From contig JAYEIQ010000016.1 in NCBI GenBank assembly GCA_034660175.1, positions 2,373 to 66,372 of the forward strand: 64,000 nucleotides of DNA, read 5' to 3'. The first letter of the stretch is position 1; the number at the start of each line of letters is the position of its first letter. Of the stretch, positions 9,481 to 20,023 are shown one piece after another. Position numbers and translations under genes: made by a program. This DNA comes from Patescibacteria group bacterium. Lineage in GTDB: Bacteria; Patescibacteriota; Minisyncoccia; Moranbacterales; DUUL01. The notes under the pieces are model-generated. The model did not search any database. It was not told the DNA's origin and saw only the letters and a list, made by a program, of their open reading frames with translations.

Positions 9481-10146
9481 ATGGCAGAAAATTCTAGTAA
9501 AACAAAAAATATTGTGTATGGAGTTCTGGCCATGATGATGGTTGTTTCGGCATGTTTGATGATTTTTCTTATTGTGCCAATGGTGAAGAAAGTTTATGGA
9601 AATAAAGATGGTTTTGAAGAAAAGAAACTCGAGTTTGATGCAATAAGAAAGGATGCTGCTGATGCAAAGAAATTTTCAGATTTAGTTGCTGATCTTGGAC
9701 AAGACCAGGAGCTGGTTGAAGAAGCTGTAATTAATGAAGATTCAATAGTCGAATTTATTAGAGAGATTGAACTTATCTCGACCGAAGTTGGTAATGAAAT
9801 TGAAATTGTTCACAAAAAAGTTGTTGCAAAAAGAAGAGCTCATTCAGCTCTAAATCAAGATCCTGAAGCAGAGAAAGCAAAGCAGGAAGCAGCGGAAAAA
9901 GAAAAAAACACGGTACGACTCGAGGTGATTGTTCATGGGAATTATAGACAATTTTTGGAATTTTTTTACAAACTAGAGAATATGACATATGTTTTTAATA
10001 TTGAGTCGTTCAAGGTGACAGGATCAAGAAGCTCTGGCAGTATATTGTCATTGAAAGAGGACGTTCCACCTGATTGGACCAAGGGGATTGTCACAGTTGC
10101 TTTCATACCAAAAAAATCAGCTCAATCCGATAAAGAAGGTAAATAA
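9481..10146 (+). CDS. pilO: PilO-like type IV pilus assembly protein
   Basis: TM, coiled coil, V.G.Y..F..F...LEN motif; synteny. Confidence 0.7.
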   Translation: MAENSSKTKNIVYGVLAMMMVVSACLMIFLIVPMVKKVYGNKDGFEEKKLEFDAIRKDAADAKKFSDLVADLGQDQELVEEAVINEDSIVEFIREIELISTEVGNEIEIVHKKVVAKRRAHSALNQDPEAEKAKQEAAEKEKNTVRLEVIVHGNYRQFLEFFYKLENMTYVFNIESFKVTGSRSSGSILSLKEDVPPDWTKGIVTVAFIPKKSAQSDKEGK

Positions 10147-10155
10147 CAAAATGTG

Positions 10156-10593
10156 ATGGCAAAACAGAAACAGAAACAGAAAAAAGACATCAAAGATGTT
10201 TTGAAGGAAATTAAAAAGAAATGTCCTAGATTCATTTTGGATACCTGGTATTTCACAGTTATCTTTTTTTTGACTGCTTTCTCGGGATCGATGTGGGTAT
10301 GGTGGAGTTGTTATTATTCACCAACACCATCTAAGAATGTTTTGATAAGTTTTGAGACCAAAAAAGAGGACTTTGATTCAATGAAGAAAAGAACACAAAT
10401 GGCGATTGAGTTGCTTCAGGGAAAGCTAGATAAATACAAAAATGTTCCTGATCTGAGCCAACAAAGAGAGTTGTTCAAAGTAAAAGTAGAAGTCGAAGAG
10501 ATCGAGCCTGCTGAATCTGAGCCGATTGTTGTTCCTTCGGGTGAAGTGAAAGTGGAGGAAACACATGAAGTAAATCCACAACCAAGCCAATAA
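10156..10593 (+). CDS. Hypothetical single-TM protein in pil operon (PilP position)
   Basis: ORF with TM after pilO. Confidence 0.6.
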   Translation: MAKQKQKQKKDIKDVLKEIKKKCPRFILDTWYFTVIFFLTAFSGSMWVWWSCYYSPTPSKNVLISFETKKEDFDSMKKRTQMAIELLQGKLDKYKNVPDLSQQRELFKVKVEVEEIEPAESEPIVVPSGEVKVEETHEVNPQPSQ

Positions 10594-10667
10594 AGAGAAG
10601 TTGAACTTTGACGTTTTGGGATATTTTTGTTACCCTTTTGTGAGAGATTTTTGTTGGTTCAAACTAT

Positions 10668-10741
10668 GTCCCGGTAGCTCAGTTGGATAGAGCGGGAGCC
10701 TTCTAAGCTCTAGGTCGCAGGTTCGAATCCTGCCCGGGATA
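10668..10741 (+). tRNA. tRNA-Arg (anticodon TCT), CCA not encoded
   Basis: Cloverleaf GTCCCGG/CCGGGAT, anticodon loop CTTCTAA, GGTTCGAATCC T-arm. Confidence 0.95.
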
Positions 10742-10979
10742 CAAATATAAACTGCAACGATAGAGGGATACTATGGAAGACACGATCAGTATCTTGTTTT
10801 ATAATTTGGCTAATTTCTGTTTTAAGAAAGACAGTCTTGTAACACTCTTGTATGGCTCGAATCGTTTCGAGAAGAGATTATAATTGAAGGAGAGCTCGCA
10901 GTATCTTTTTTGTGATAGGATTCGGGCTAGGACTGTTCTTGATGATTAACGTAGACATATAACTTTCTTTGCAAAAATG

Positions 10980-11014
10980 CAAAAGACCTCGGCAAATCTG
11001 CTGAGGCCTTTTTG
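10980..11014. terminator. Bidirectional terminator at ychF 3' end
   Basis: CCTCGGCA/TGCTGAGG stem flanked by A and T tracts. Confidence 0.7.
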
Positions 11015-11032
11015 TATTCAAGGAAGATGATT

Positions 11033-12097
11033 CTAAATCATAAACTCAACAACATCTCCGTCTTGGACGATGTATTCTTTTCCTTCAGTGCGAAGCAGTC
11101 CTTTTTCGCGAGCTGTTGATTTTGAGCCAGCCTCAATCAGTTCATCATAGAAGATAATTTCGGCTCGAATAAATTTTTTTTCAAAATCTCCGTGAATGGC
11201 ACGACCAGCACGAGGCGCAGTGGAATTTTTCGGAATTGTCCAAGCTCTTGTTTCTTGCTCTCCAGTCGTGAGGTATGTCATCAAGCCCAACATGTCATAA
11301 CTTTTTATGATTAGTTTTTCTAGATGTGATTTAAGTTCAAGTTCTTTCTTGTCATCATCGGAAAGCTCCAGAAGCTCTTCTTCGATTTTTATGTCAAGCG
11401 CTATGTGTGTATGTATACTCTTTGTTAGGTTGTGCTTTTCAAGCGCTTGCTGAATATTTTCAGGATTGTTAGTGTTGAAAATACAGAGAATTGGTTTGAA
11501 AGAAAGTAGATGTAGGTCCTGAATCAGTTCGTAATCTTTTCCAAGTTCATGCGTGAATTTTTGAACTTCCTCAATGCTATTTTTGTCCAAAATATCTTTT
11601 AGATTTTTAACTATTTCCAATTGCTTGACGGACTCTTTGTTGTTTCCGCGTGCTTCCTTTTCTAATTTCATCAGTCGTTTTTGTACTGTCTCAATGTCTG
11701 CCAGGATAAGTTCAGTGTCTATTATCTCAATATCTTCTTTTGGGTCTATTCTGTCATGAACATGGACAATGTTTTTGTCTTCAAACATTCGAACAACATG
11801 GACAATGGCGTCCACTTCGCGAATGTTGTGCAAAAATTTATTGCCCAGTCCTTGTCCTTCGGCTGCACCTTTTACAAGTCCAGCTATATCTACAAATTCT
11901 ATTGTTGCATAGAGTTTTTTGGCAGATTTTGAAAGCTTTGCCAAGTGGTCAACGCGATTGTCTGGTACCTCAACAACGCCAATGTTTGGCTCTATGGTGC
12001 AGAAGGGGTAGTTGTTGATGTCTACTTGAATGTTGGTCAGTGCCTTAAAAAGAGTTGATTTGCCAACATTTGGAAGCCCGATAATGCCAATTTTCAT
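11033..12097 (-). CDS. ychF: Redox-regulated ATPase YchF (Obg family)
   Basis: [28 protein letters not shown]-terminal [11 protein letters not shown]. Confidence 0.97.
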   Translation of the reverse strand: MKIGIIGLPNVGKSTLFKALTNIQVDINNYPFCTIEPNIGVVEVPDNRVDHLAKLSKSAKKLYATIEFVDIAGLVKGAAEGQGLGNKFLHNIREVDAIVHVVRMFEDKNIVHVHDRIDPKEDIEIIDTELILADIETVQKRLMKLEKEARGNNKESVKQLEIVKNLKDILDKNSIEEVQKFTHELGKDYELIQDLHLLSFKPILCIFNTNNPENIQQALEKHNLTKSIHTHIALDIKIEEELLELSDDDKKELELKSHLEKLIIKSYDMLGLMTYLTTGEQETRAWTIPKNSTAPRAGRAIHGDFEKKFIRAEIIFYDELIEAGSKSTAREKGLLRTEGKEYIVQDGDVVEFMI

Positions 12098-12246
12098 TTA
12101 TTATTCTTGATTTAGTTAATAATATATTATATCATCGCTTTTCTTGAAATGATTGTCAATTAGAGTTAGTCTGTAAGTGGTACATATCGGATGATTTGTG
12201 TGCTGAAGGGAATGTTTTAGATTCCCCACTTGATTAAAACAAAGCA

Positions 12247-12720
12247 ATGAAAGCTCTAATCGTTTTTTATTCTCGAACAGGAACAACCAAAAAACTTGCG
12301 AAGGTTCTTGGTGGTGTCATTGATTCTTGTGATCTGGAGGAGCTTTTTTGCTCCGAGATGAAAACTGGGCTAGTGGGTTATTTGAAAGCTGGACATCAAA
12401 CATTCAAAAAACTTAAACCAGCAATTGAGCCAATCGAGCACAAACCAGAGCAATATGACATTGTTGTTGTGGGGACTCCCGTTTGGATTGGAACTATGTC
12501 TAGTCCAGTTCGGTCATACCTTTATCGTTATAAAGATAAATTTTTAAAAACAGCCTTTTTCTGTACTTGTGGTGACAAACAAGATATGACTTTTGAGAAA
12601 ATGAAAGGTATCAGTGCTTCAATTCCAATTGCAACTCTTGAGATTGTTGCAAAAAAGATCAACTCACCAGAGTCATTGGAAAAGGTGAAGGATTTTGTCA
12701 AAATTATTAATTCAGTTTAA
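12247..12720 (+). CDS. Flavodoxin-like protein
   Basis: FYSRTGTTKKLA and GTPVW motifs. Confidence 0.85.
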   Translation: MKALIVFYSRTGTTKKLAKVLGGVIDSCDLEELFCSEMKTGLVGYLKAGHQTFKKLKPAIEPIEHKPEQYDIVVVGTPVWIGTMSSPVRSYLYRYKDKFLKTAFFCTCGDKQDMTFEKMKGISASIPIATLEIVAKKINSPESLEKVKDFVKIINSV

Positions 12721-12729
12721 ACAAAAAAT

Positions 12730-13323
12730 ATGATAATTATTGATGTTGAAGCAACGGGACCAAACCCAAGAAAAAACTCCATTGCCTCTATCGGGGCAGT
12801 TGATTTTTCTGATAGTGAGAATCAATTTTATGGTGAGTGTCAAATTTGGGAGCAGTCCGAGATCGATCAAGCTGCACTCAAAATAAATGGATTTACCTTG
12901 GAGCAGCTGCGGGATTCAAAAAAAGACAGTGAGGCTGAGATGTTGAAAAAGTTTTCTGAATGGATGAAACAATTTCCCAACAAGACGCTTGCTGGTCAGT
13001 ACCCATCTTTTGATAGAGATTTTATTAACGCCGCATCAAAGAGGGTGGGATTGGGAATGCTCATTTGGCGCAAGACGATTGATTTGCATGCAATTTGCTA
13101 TGCTCACATGTTGGGACGAAGATTGGAGATCCCACTTTCCAACGAGAGGTCAGACTTGACCGCTGACATGATTTTTAACTATGTTGGATTACCAAAAGAG
13201 CCAAGACCTCATAATGGGCTTACTGGTGCCAAAATGGAGACAGAGGCATTTTCTCGTCTGATTCACGGAAAGACACTTATGAAAGAATTTGAGAGTCATG
13301 ATGTGCCAAGATATCTTTTGTAA
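12730..13323 (+). CDS. DEDDh 3'-5' exonuclease
   Basis: ExoI IIDVEATG, ExoII SFDRDF, ExoIII PHNGLTGA. Confidence 0.85.
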   Translation: MIIIDVEATGPNPRKNSIASIGAVDFSDSENQFYGECQIWEQSEIDQAALKINGFTLEQLRDSKKDSEAEMLKKFSEWMKQFPNKTLAGQYPSFDRDFINAASKRVGLGMLIWRKTIDLHAICYAHMLGRRLEIPLSNERSDLTADMIFNYVGLPKEPRPHNGLTGAKMETEAFSRLIHGKTLMKEFESHDVPRYLL

Positions 13324-13349
13324 GAGGAAGTTAACAAAATATAAGTAAT

Positions 13350-14596
13350 ATGAAAAAGAAGAAACCAGAATTGCTCGCTCCGGCTGGGAGCTTGGAAAAA
13401 ATGAAGATCGCATTTGAATTTGGAGCTGATGCGGTCTATTTTGGTTTGCCCGATTTTTCTTTGAGAGTGAGAATAAATCAATTTGGCGAAAAGGAAATAC
13501 GAGAGGCTGCAGAATATTGTAAAAAGAAAAAAAGAGATTTTATGTGACATTGAACATTTATGCTCACCAGAGACATTTGAAGACTCTCCCGAAACATTTG
13601 AAATTGATAAAAGAGATTCAGCCAAGTGCCGTGATTGTTTCTGATCCTGGAGTGCTGAGTGTTATCAGAAGGAAATTGCCTAACCAGGAGGTTCATCTTT
13701 CTACACAAGCCAATGCAACCAACAGTGAGGCAATAAAATTTTGGCAGCAGCAGGGAGTCTCAAGAGTTATCCTTGCTCGTGAAGTTACTTTAGAAGAAAT
13801 TCAGGAAATAAAGAAAAAGACTCCGAATGTTGAATTGGAGTGTTTTGTTCATGGAGCAATGTGCATGTCTTATAGTGGACGTTGCATTCTTTCCAAGTGG
13901 ATGACCAACAGAAGTGCAAACATGGGAGATTGTTCCCAGCCGTGTCGATGGCAGTATTCTGTTGTGGATGATAAGAAAAGGTTTAGTGTGGAGTTGGAGC
14001 AGGATCAACACGGAACGTATTTTTTCAATAGCTATGACATGTGTATGGTTGAGCACCTGGACGAGCTGATTGATACAGGTATTGATTCGTTGAAAATAGA
14101 GGGGAGGGCCAAGAGTGTCTATTATGTTGCTATGGTGACCCGAGCGTATAGAATTGTGCTCGATGCAACTTGGAAAGCCAGAAAAGATAGATTGAAAGAA
14201 AGTGAGCTGGAAAGAGTGATTCCAGAACAGAGAAAACAACTAGAAAAACTTTCTCATCGTGGATATTCCGAAGGGTTTTTCTTTGGAGAGGAACCGCAAC
14301 ATCTTTTTGACAAGGCATACAAAGAAACAAACTGGCTTTTTGTTGGAATTTCTCAGGAAGAAAAAAAATCGAAAGAAAGAAATATTTTTGTTCACAATTA
14401 CTTGAATAAAGGTGATGAAGTAGAAGTGGTTGGAGCGACTTTCGATTGTATGGTGAAAATTGAAAGAATTGTTGATGAAAAAGGAGAGGAAATTAAATCC
14501 GCTCATGGTGGTTTGAATAAAACATTTCAAGTCACATTGTCAAAGTCAGTTGAGGGAACGTTTTTGGCGCGGAGAAATGAAAAGAATATTGGTTAG
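13350..14596 (+). pseudogene. U32-family Fe-S protein (TrhP/YegQ-like tRNA hydroxylase), split by a -1 frameshift at the A7 tract 13527-13533
   Basis: ORF1 has PELLAPAG..GADAVY; ORF2 has HLSTQAN, CMSYSGRC..CSQPCR, SLKIEGR; one extra A fuses them (..KKKRFYVTLN). Confidence 0.8.
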
Positions 14597-14677
14597 GTAA
14601 TTTGAGATTGTTCAAAAAAGGATTATAATTTATGATGTGGGTAGGACAGTTCATCGAGTATATTTGCTTTTTCGCAA

Positions 14678-14705
14678 TTGACTAAAGTTGGGATTGTGCT
14701 AGAAT
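14678..14705 (+). promoter_or_regulatory. Sigma70-type promoter
   Basis: TTGACT-N16-TAGAAT with extended -10 TGn. Confidence 0.6.
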
Positions 14706-14752
14706 GATTTGATTCGAAATAGATAATTAGTTGCGAGTAAAAAAGGGAGGAT

Positions 14753-15496
14753 ATGCGATTTACACATATACAAAAAGCAAAGTTAATCCTTGTGATTAAT
14801 TTTATCGTGCTCTTTTTCATTATTGTTGCCACGCCATATTTTATTAAAGGTGGAACATCTTGGGTTGGCGAAGAAGTTGTTGAAGGTGTTTTTTTGACTA
14901 TTGAATTGATTGCCTTGATTGTGGTGTTTCGGCACTATGATGTTCAAATGAGAAAAAAAGAAGAAGAGGCAATGACATTGAATTTGAAGCTTGAGAAAAA
15001 GGAGAGGGAGTTGCTCAATGCATTGGAATATCTTGGGAAGGTAAACGTGCAAGTCTCGATGATCAAATCGCTTTTTGGGACAATGAAAGTTCCTTCAACA
15101 AAAAATCAATTGCTAGATGTTTTTTCAGAACTTCTTCGTGTTGTGATGAGTGTCACTAAGGAAAATTGTGCGAGATTGAGAATAGTTAATTTGCAAAACC
15201 AAAGAACAGTCAGTGAATATGTCGAATCTCTTGAGGATGAAAACAGTGTATGCCAGGTTGTTGCAGGAAACAAGGAGTTGCTTGAGAGATTTTCAGAGAA
15301 AAATAAGAAAAATATTTCTGATTTTCGAGTTTTCTTTTCTGACGTAGAGAATTTTTATTTGAAGGCATTTCTTTTCGTTCCAGACACAAGAAAAAAAGAG
15401 TATTCAACAGAAGAGCGAGCATTTCTTGAGGCAATTGCGAATCAGTGCGAAGTGGTGTACTTGCTTTTTAATTCAAAATACTATAAAGCAAAATAG
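14753..15496 (+). CDS. Hypothetical 2-TM protein with coiled coil and degenerate GAF-like domain
   Basis: GGGAGG SD; two TMs; YSTEERAFLEAIANQ resembles a GAF C-terminal helix. Confidence 0.7.
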   Translation: MRFTHIQKAKLILVINFIVLFFIIVATPYFIKGGTSWVGEEVVEGVFLTIELIALIVVFRHYDVQMRKKEEEAMTLNLKLEKKERELLNALEYLGKVNVQVSMIKSLFGTMKVPSTKNQLLDVFSELLRVVMSVTKENCARLRIVNLQNQRTVSEYVESLEDENSVCQVVAGNKELLERFSEKNKKNISDFRVFFSDVENFYLKAFLFVPDTRKKEYSTEERAFLEAIANQCEVVYLLFNSKYYKAK

Positions 15497-15559
15497 ACAA
15501 CAGAAAATTTAAATTAAACCAAGTGGTCATAAGTATTAGCCAATAAAACCAAAAAAGTT

Positions 15560-16441
15560 ATGGTAAAAATCAAAAAAGCGGTTGTTGCAGTTGCTGGGAG
15601 TGGAACGCGTTTTCTTCCAGCGACGAAAGCGATGCCCAAAGAAATGCTTCCGATTGTTGACAAGCCAATCATTCAACTGGTTGTTGAGGAGCTTGTTGAG
15701 GCTGGAATCGAGGATATTATCCTGGTTACAAAATGGGATAAGAAGTCGTTGGAAGATCATTTTGATCACAGTTTGGCACTTGAACACGAATTGGAAAAGT
15801 CTGGCAAAGAAAGTAGATTAAAAGATGTGAAAAAGATCGCTAGTATGGCGAAATATGTGTATATTAGACAAATGCCTCAATATGGCAATGGAGTGCCAAT
15901 TCTTTCCGCTGCAAGTATGGTTGATGATGAGCCATTTGTGTTCTGTTTTGGTGATGATCTTGTGAAGTCAAAGAGTTCTTTCACAAAAACAATGATCGAA
16001 TCTTATGAAAAAGTTGGGAAGCCAATGATCGCTGTTCAGGAGATGCCGGAAGAGGTTCTTTATCGATATGGAGTTGTTGCTCCGAAAGAGGGTTCAAAAA
16101 TGAAAGATGGTTTGATTCAAATTAGTGGAATCATTGAGAAGCCTCAACCAGGAGAAGCTCCTTCAAATCTTGCTGATTTTGGGAGAATGATTTTTGATCA
16201 AGACATTATCAATGCTCTAAAAGAGACAGAGACTGGAAAAGGTGGGGAATTATGGATAGTCGATGCCATTACAAAATATATTGATAATGGTGGAGAGTTT
16301 TATGCAAAAAAAGTTCAAGATGGGGAGTGGCTTACAACAGGAGATCCTTTGAATTTTGTGAAAGCGACTTTGAAATATGCCGTTGAAAGAGAAGATATCG
16401 GTGAAGATATAAAGGAATTTATAAAAAAGGAGATTTGTTAG
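15560..16441 (+). CDS. galU: UTP--glucose-1-phosphate uridylyltransferase
   Basis: AGSGTRFLPATKAMPKEMLPIVDKP and IIEKP. Confidence 0.93.
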   Translation: MVKIKKAVVAVAGSGTRFLPATKAMPKEMLPIVDKPIIQLVVEELVEAGIEDIILVTKWDKKSLEDHFDHSLALEHELEKSGKESRLKDVKKIASMAKYVYIRQMPQYGNGVPILSAASMVDDEPFVFCFGDDLVKSKSSFTKTMIESYEKVGKPMIAVQEMPEEVLYRYGVVAPKEGSKMKDGLIQISGIIEKPQPGEAPSNLADFGRMIFDQDIINALKETETGKGGELWIVDAITKYIDNGGEFYAKKVQDGEWLTTGDPLNFVKATLKYAVEREDIGEDIKEFIKKEIC

Positions 16442-16455
16442 GAAAATCTTTTCAT

Positions 16456-16488
16456 AAAAAACATCCCTCAAGAGAGAGGGTGTTTTTT
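16456..16488. terminator. Bidirectional terminator between galU and rnpB
   Basis: AAAAAACATCCCTC...GAGGGTGTTTTTT. Confidence 0.7.
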
Positions 16489-16491
16489 GTT

Positions 16492-16895
16492 GCCTTGTTC
16501 ATTTTGTAAGCCGGATTCTGTTCATCTCGAAAGATGTGCAATTATTTATCTTCGTCACTTGTTGCCAAGTGATTTTAGCGGCTCAGAATCATTGCAGGGC
16601 AATGACAATTCGGCTTTGCACCAGATAGGGTTTGCCACGCCTATGCGTTGCCGCAAGGCGAGTCTTGTGGCCAATTCCGAATAATCAGAATCGACATCAA
16701 CACACTTTTCACCTTTTGTTCTGCAAAAACAGAACTAGTATTGTCTCTGTGGCACTTTCCCTTGCTTGTTGTTGCCAACAAACCGGTCGACATTATCGAC
16801 TATCCATGAACGTTGCAGGGCAACGGACGGTGTCCGGACTTTCCTCCCGAGTTGTTAATAAAAAACAGCCGGGCAATTGCTTAAATGAACTAGGC
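16492..16895 (-). ncRNA. rnpB: RNase P RNA
   Basis: Minus strand carries GAGGAAAGTCCGGAC, GAAAGTGCCACAGA, GGCAAACCC, ACAGAATCCGGCTTA; P1 is GCCTAGTTCATTT/AAATGAACAAGGC. Confidence 0.95.
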
Positions 16896-16901
16896 TATCA
16901 A

Positions 16902-16929
16902 ATTATATCACAAAATAAGATATTGTCAA
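16902..16929 (-). promoter_or_regulatory. rnpB promoter
   Basis: TTGACA-N16-TATAAT with TGn, 6 nt upstream of P1. Confidence 0.85.
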
Positions 16930-17142
16930 TGATAAATAATCCTAAAAAATAGGTTTTTTGCAAAGCTTAATTGTTTTGCAAACTTTGTTTTGTTGTTGCT
17001 AAAATGCTTACTTTATGCTAGAATCTCAGTATCAAAAAATTTTCAAAATGTGATTGTTGTATTCCAAGTCTATGGAAATTTTTTGTTGAATAAAATTAAT
17101 ATATAGAGATTTTCATTAATATTTGCTGATAAATTGCAATAA

Positions 17143-18558
17143 ATGAAAAAATCCGAATTGTTTTTCAGTACGTTGCAGGTTCCGATTGATTACTTCATGA
17201 TTGTTTGTGGTGGAATGGTTGCCTATTTTCTGAGAGTTAACCCAGCTGTGCAGGAAATAAAACCAATACTCTATCAATTCAGCTTGCGTCAATACGCCGA
17301 GTCATTGCTTATAATCGGTGTGTTTTTTGTCTTGGTCTATGCGATAGACGGACTATACAACATGCGTGCTACGAAGAGAACATTGAAGGAAGTCTATTTG
17401 GTTTTTCGTGCAACAGCGATTGGACTGACAATAATTATTGTTGGTTTGTTTTTAGATCGCGATTTATTTTCATCGCGATTTATTATTTTGTTTGGTGGTG
17501 TTCTTGTTGTTGTTTTTGTTTCTTTCGGTAGAATCGCGCTTGGATATATTCAGCGGCAATTATTGATCTTAAAGGGAATAGGAGTTCATAGACTTCTTGT
17601 TATTGGAGTGAATGGGTATTGTTGCTCATTGAGAAAATATGTGAAAAAAAATCCAGACTCGGGATATAAAGTGATGGCACATATTGAAAAGATAGAGTTG
17701 GAGAGAATAGATAGAATTCGAAAGATGAAAGGAATTGATGAGATTATCAAGTGTTCTCCCGAAGGAAGTAAGCGGGACTTATTGAGGTTGAAGGCATATT
17801 GTCTTCAGAATAAACTGTCTTTCAAATATGTTCCGACATTAATTCAAACTTCAAATTTTGATTTGGGAATTTTTCTTGGTGAACCATTGATTGAAATCAA
17901 GAATACTCCACTGGATGGATGGGGAAAAATTCTCAAGAGGGTCTTTGACCTCGTTGGTGCAGTGATTGGATTGATTTTGTTTGGGATTCCTATGCTCATC
18001 ATTGCTTTGCTCATTTGGTTGGAGTCTGGTCGTCCAGTTATTTTCAAAAACGAGAGAGTTGGTCACAAGGGTGACTTCTATCTGTACAAATTTCGATATT
18101 TAAAAAAGAAATACTGTCACGGGGTTCAGTTTTCTGCACATCACAATGAAAAAGCATTGAGATTCTTGAAGGAATTGATAGAGAAGCAATCAATCAAGAA
18201 AGGACCAATTTATAAAATCAAGAATGATCCACGAAAAACAAAAGTGGGAGCATTTCTGGAACGTTTCTCTCTTGATGAGTTGCCACAATTTCTCAATGTC
18301 TTTAGGGGGAATATGAGCTTGGTTGGTCCTCGTCCTCATCAGCCAATTGAGGTTGAGAAATATGAAGATTATCAAAAGCGAGTTTTGACTATTAAGCCAG
18401 GAATAACTGGAATGGCTCAAGTCTCAGGGCGAAGTGATTTGGATTTCAAAGATGAGGTGAGGTTGGACACTTTCTATATTGAAAATTGGTCACTTTGGTA
18501 TGATGTGCAAATTATTCTCAAAACAATACCCTCACTGTTTAAAAGGAGGGAAAACTAA
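17143..18558 (+). CDS. Undecaprenyl-phosphate sugar phosphotransferase (WcaJ/WbaP family)
   Basis: KRVFD, YKFR, SLDELPQFLNV..G.MSLVGPRP, KPGITGMAQV. Confidence 0.92.
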   Translation: MKKSELFFSTLQVPIDYFMIVCGGMVAYFLRVNPAVQEIKPILYQFSLRQYAESLLIIGVFFVLVYAIDGLYNMRATKRTLKEVYLVFRATAIGLTIIIVGLFLDRDLFSSRFIILFGGVLVVVFVSFGRIALGYIQRQLLILKGIGVHRLLVIGVNGYCCSLRKYVKKNPDSGYKVMAHIEKIELERIDRIRKMKGIDEIIKCSPEGSKRDLLRLKAYCLQNKLSFKYVPTLIQTSNFDLGIFLGEPLIEIKNTPLDGWGKILKRVFDLVGAVIGLILFGIPMLIIALLIWLESGRPVIFKNERVGHKGDFYLYKFRYLKKKYCHGVQFSAHHNEKALRFLKELIEKQSIKKGPIYKIKNDPRKTKVGAFLERFSLDELPQFLNVFRGNMSLVGPRPHQPIEVEKYEDYQKRVLTIKPGITGMAQVSGRSDLDFKDEVRLDTFYIENWSLWYDVQIILKTIPSLFKRREN

Positions 18559-18577
18559 AATTGAATGTGAATTAAAA

Positions 18578-20023
18578 ATGAAGAAGTTCAACTTTGATAA
18601 AATGAAGAAGATCTATTTTGTTGGAATCAAGGGATCTGGAGTAATTGCTTTTGTTGAACTTTTTCATCTTCAGGGCAAAGAAATTGTTGGTTCTGATACT
18701 GATGAAAAATTTTTCACTGATGATACTCTGAAAAGATTGGGAGTAAAGTATTCAGAAAAGTTTGATGTTGAGAATATAAAAAAGGAAGAACCAATTGATT
18801 TGGTTGTCTATTCAACGGCTTATAGTCCAGAGAATAATCCAGAGCTGAAGTATGCAGTTGGGAAAGGAATTCCAAGCTTGTCCTATCCTGAGCTAATCGG
18901 GCAATTTATGAAAGCGAAATATAGTATTGCTGTTTGTGGGACGCATGGAAAAACAACAACAACTGCAATGTTGGCTTTGGCCATGAAGTATGCGGATTCA
19001 GATCCGACAGCGATTATTGGTTCAAAAATCAAGCAGCTTGATTCAAACAAGATGATAGGTAAATCGGATTATTTTATTTTAGAAGCAGACGAATATCAAA
19101 ACAAATTTCTTCATTATAATCCAAATGCTGTCATTTTGACTTCTTTGGATTATGATCATCCCGATTTTTTTAGTTCCTTTGAGGAATATCTTGAAGTGTT
19201 TAAGGAGTTTGTGCGAAAAATTCCATCACATGGATTTTTGGTTGTTTGGGGAGAAAGTGCATACACTCTTGAAGTTGCGAAAGAGGCCAGTTGTAGAATT
19301 ATAATCTATGGTTCTTTTAGAGAAGAAAATATAGTGTCAACATTGGATGAGGTTCCTGGAGACAAAATAGACGAAAGCCAAATTGAGGATATTAGATTGG
19401 ATTTTTCTGCTGCAGGAAAAGAGGATGTGGAATTTGAAATTGCACCTCCGATCTATAAAATGAAGCTTAAAACTCCTGGAGGACACAATATGCTCAATGC
19501 CACAGCTGTTATCGCGACTTGTAGACAATTTGGCCTTGATGAAGAAAAGGTCATTGTGGCACTTGAGAACTATGAGGGTGCTGCTCGAAGATATGAGAAG
19601 TTGGGAACTTATAACAAAGCAAAAATAATTGATGACTATGCTCATCATCCACAAGAGGTTCGTGCAACGCTTTCTGCTGTGCGCGGGGAATATCCAGACA
19701 AGAATATTATTTGTGTTTTTCATCCGCACACTTTTTCAAGAACACAGGCTCTCTTGACAGAATTTTCTGAGAGTTTTGATGATGCAGATGAGGTTATTGT
19801 TCTCGATATCTATGCATCTGTGCGTGAAAAGGAAGGTAAGGTGACTTCAAAGGATTTGGTGGATAAGATGAGGAGGATAAAACAAAATGTCCAGCATATA
19901 CCAACATTAGAAGAAGTCTGTGAACATCTTGAAAAAACACTCACAAGCAAGGATGTTTTGATTACAATGGGGGCTGGCAATGTTTTTGAAATTGGAAAAA
20001 GATTGGCAGGATATAAAGTATGA
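18578..20023 (+). CDS. murC: UDP-N-acetylmuramate--L-alanine ligase
   Basis: FVGIKGSG, GTHGKTTTT, EADEY, DYAHHP, FHPHTFSRT. Confidence 0.95.
   Translation: MKKFNFDKMKKIYFVGIKGSGVIAFVELFHLQGKEIVGSDTDEKFFTDDTLKRLGVKYSEKFDVENIKKEEPIDLVVYSTAYSPENNPELKYAVGKGIPSLSYPELIGQFMKAKYSIAVCGTHGKTTTTAMLALAMKYADSDPTAIIGSKIKQLDSNKMIGKSDYFILEADEYQNKFLHYNPNAVILTSLDYDHPDFFSSFEEYLEVFKEFVRKIPSHGFLVVWGESAYTLEVAKEASCRIIIYGSFREENIVSTLDEVPGDKIDESQIEDIRLDFSAAGKEDVEFEIAPPIYKMKLKTPGGHNMLNATAVIATCRQFGLDEEKVIVALENYEGAARRYEKLGTYNKAKIIDDYAHHPQEVRATLSAVRGEYPDKNIICVFHPHTFSRTQALLTEFSESFDDADEVIVLDIYASVREKEGKVTSKDLVDKMRRIKQNVQHIPTLEEVCEHLEKTLTSKDVLITMGAGNVFEIGKRLAGYKV

Noticed and set aside
10773-10883. 36-aa ORF with a GAGGG SD after tRNA-Arg
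   Set aside because: No recognisable motif; probably a decayed remnant
16487-16952. ORFs 16487-16684 and 16632-16952
   Set aside because: Antisense to the RNase P RNA; spurious
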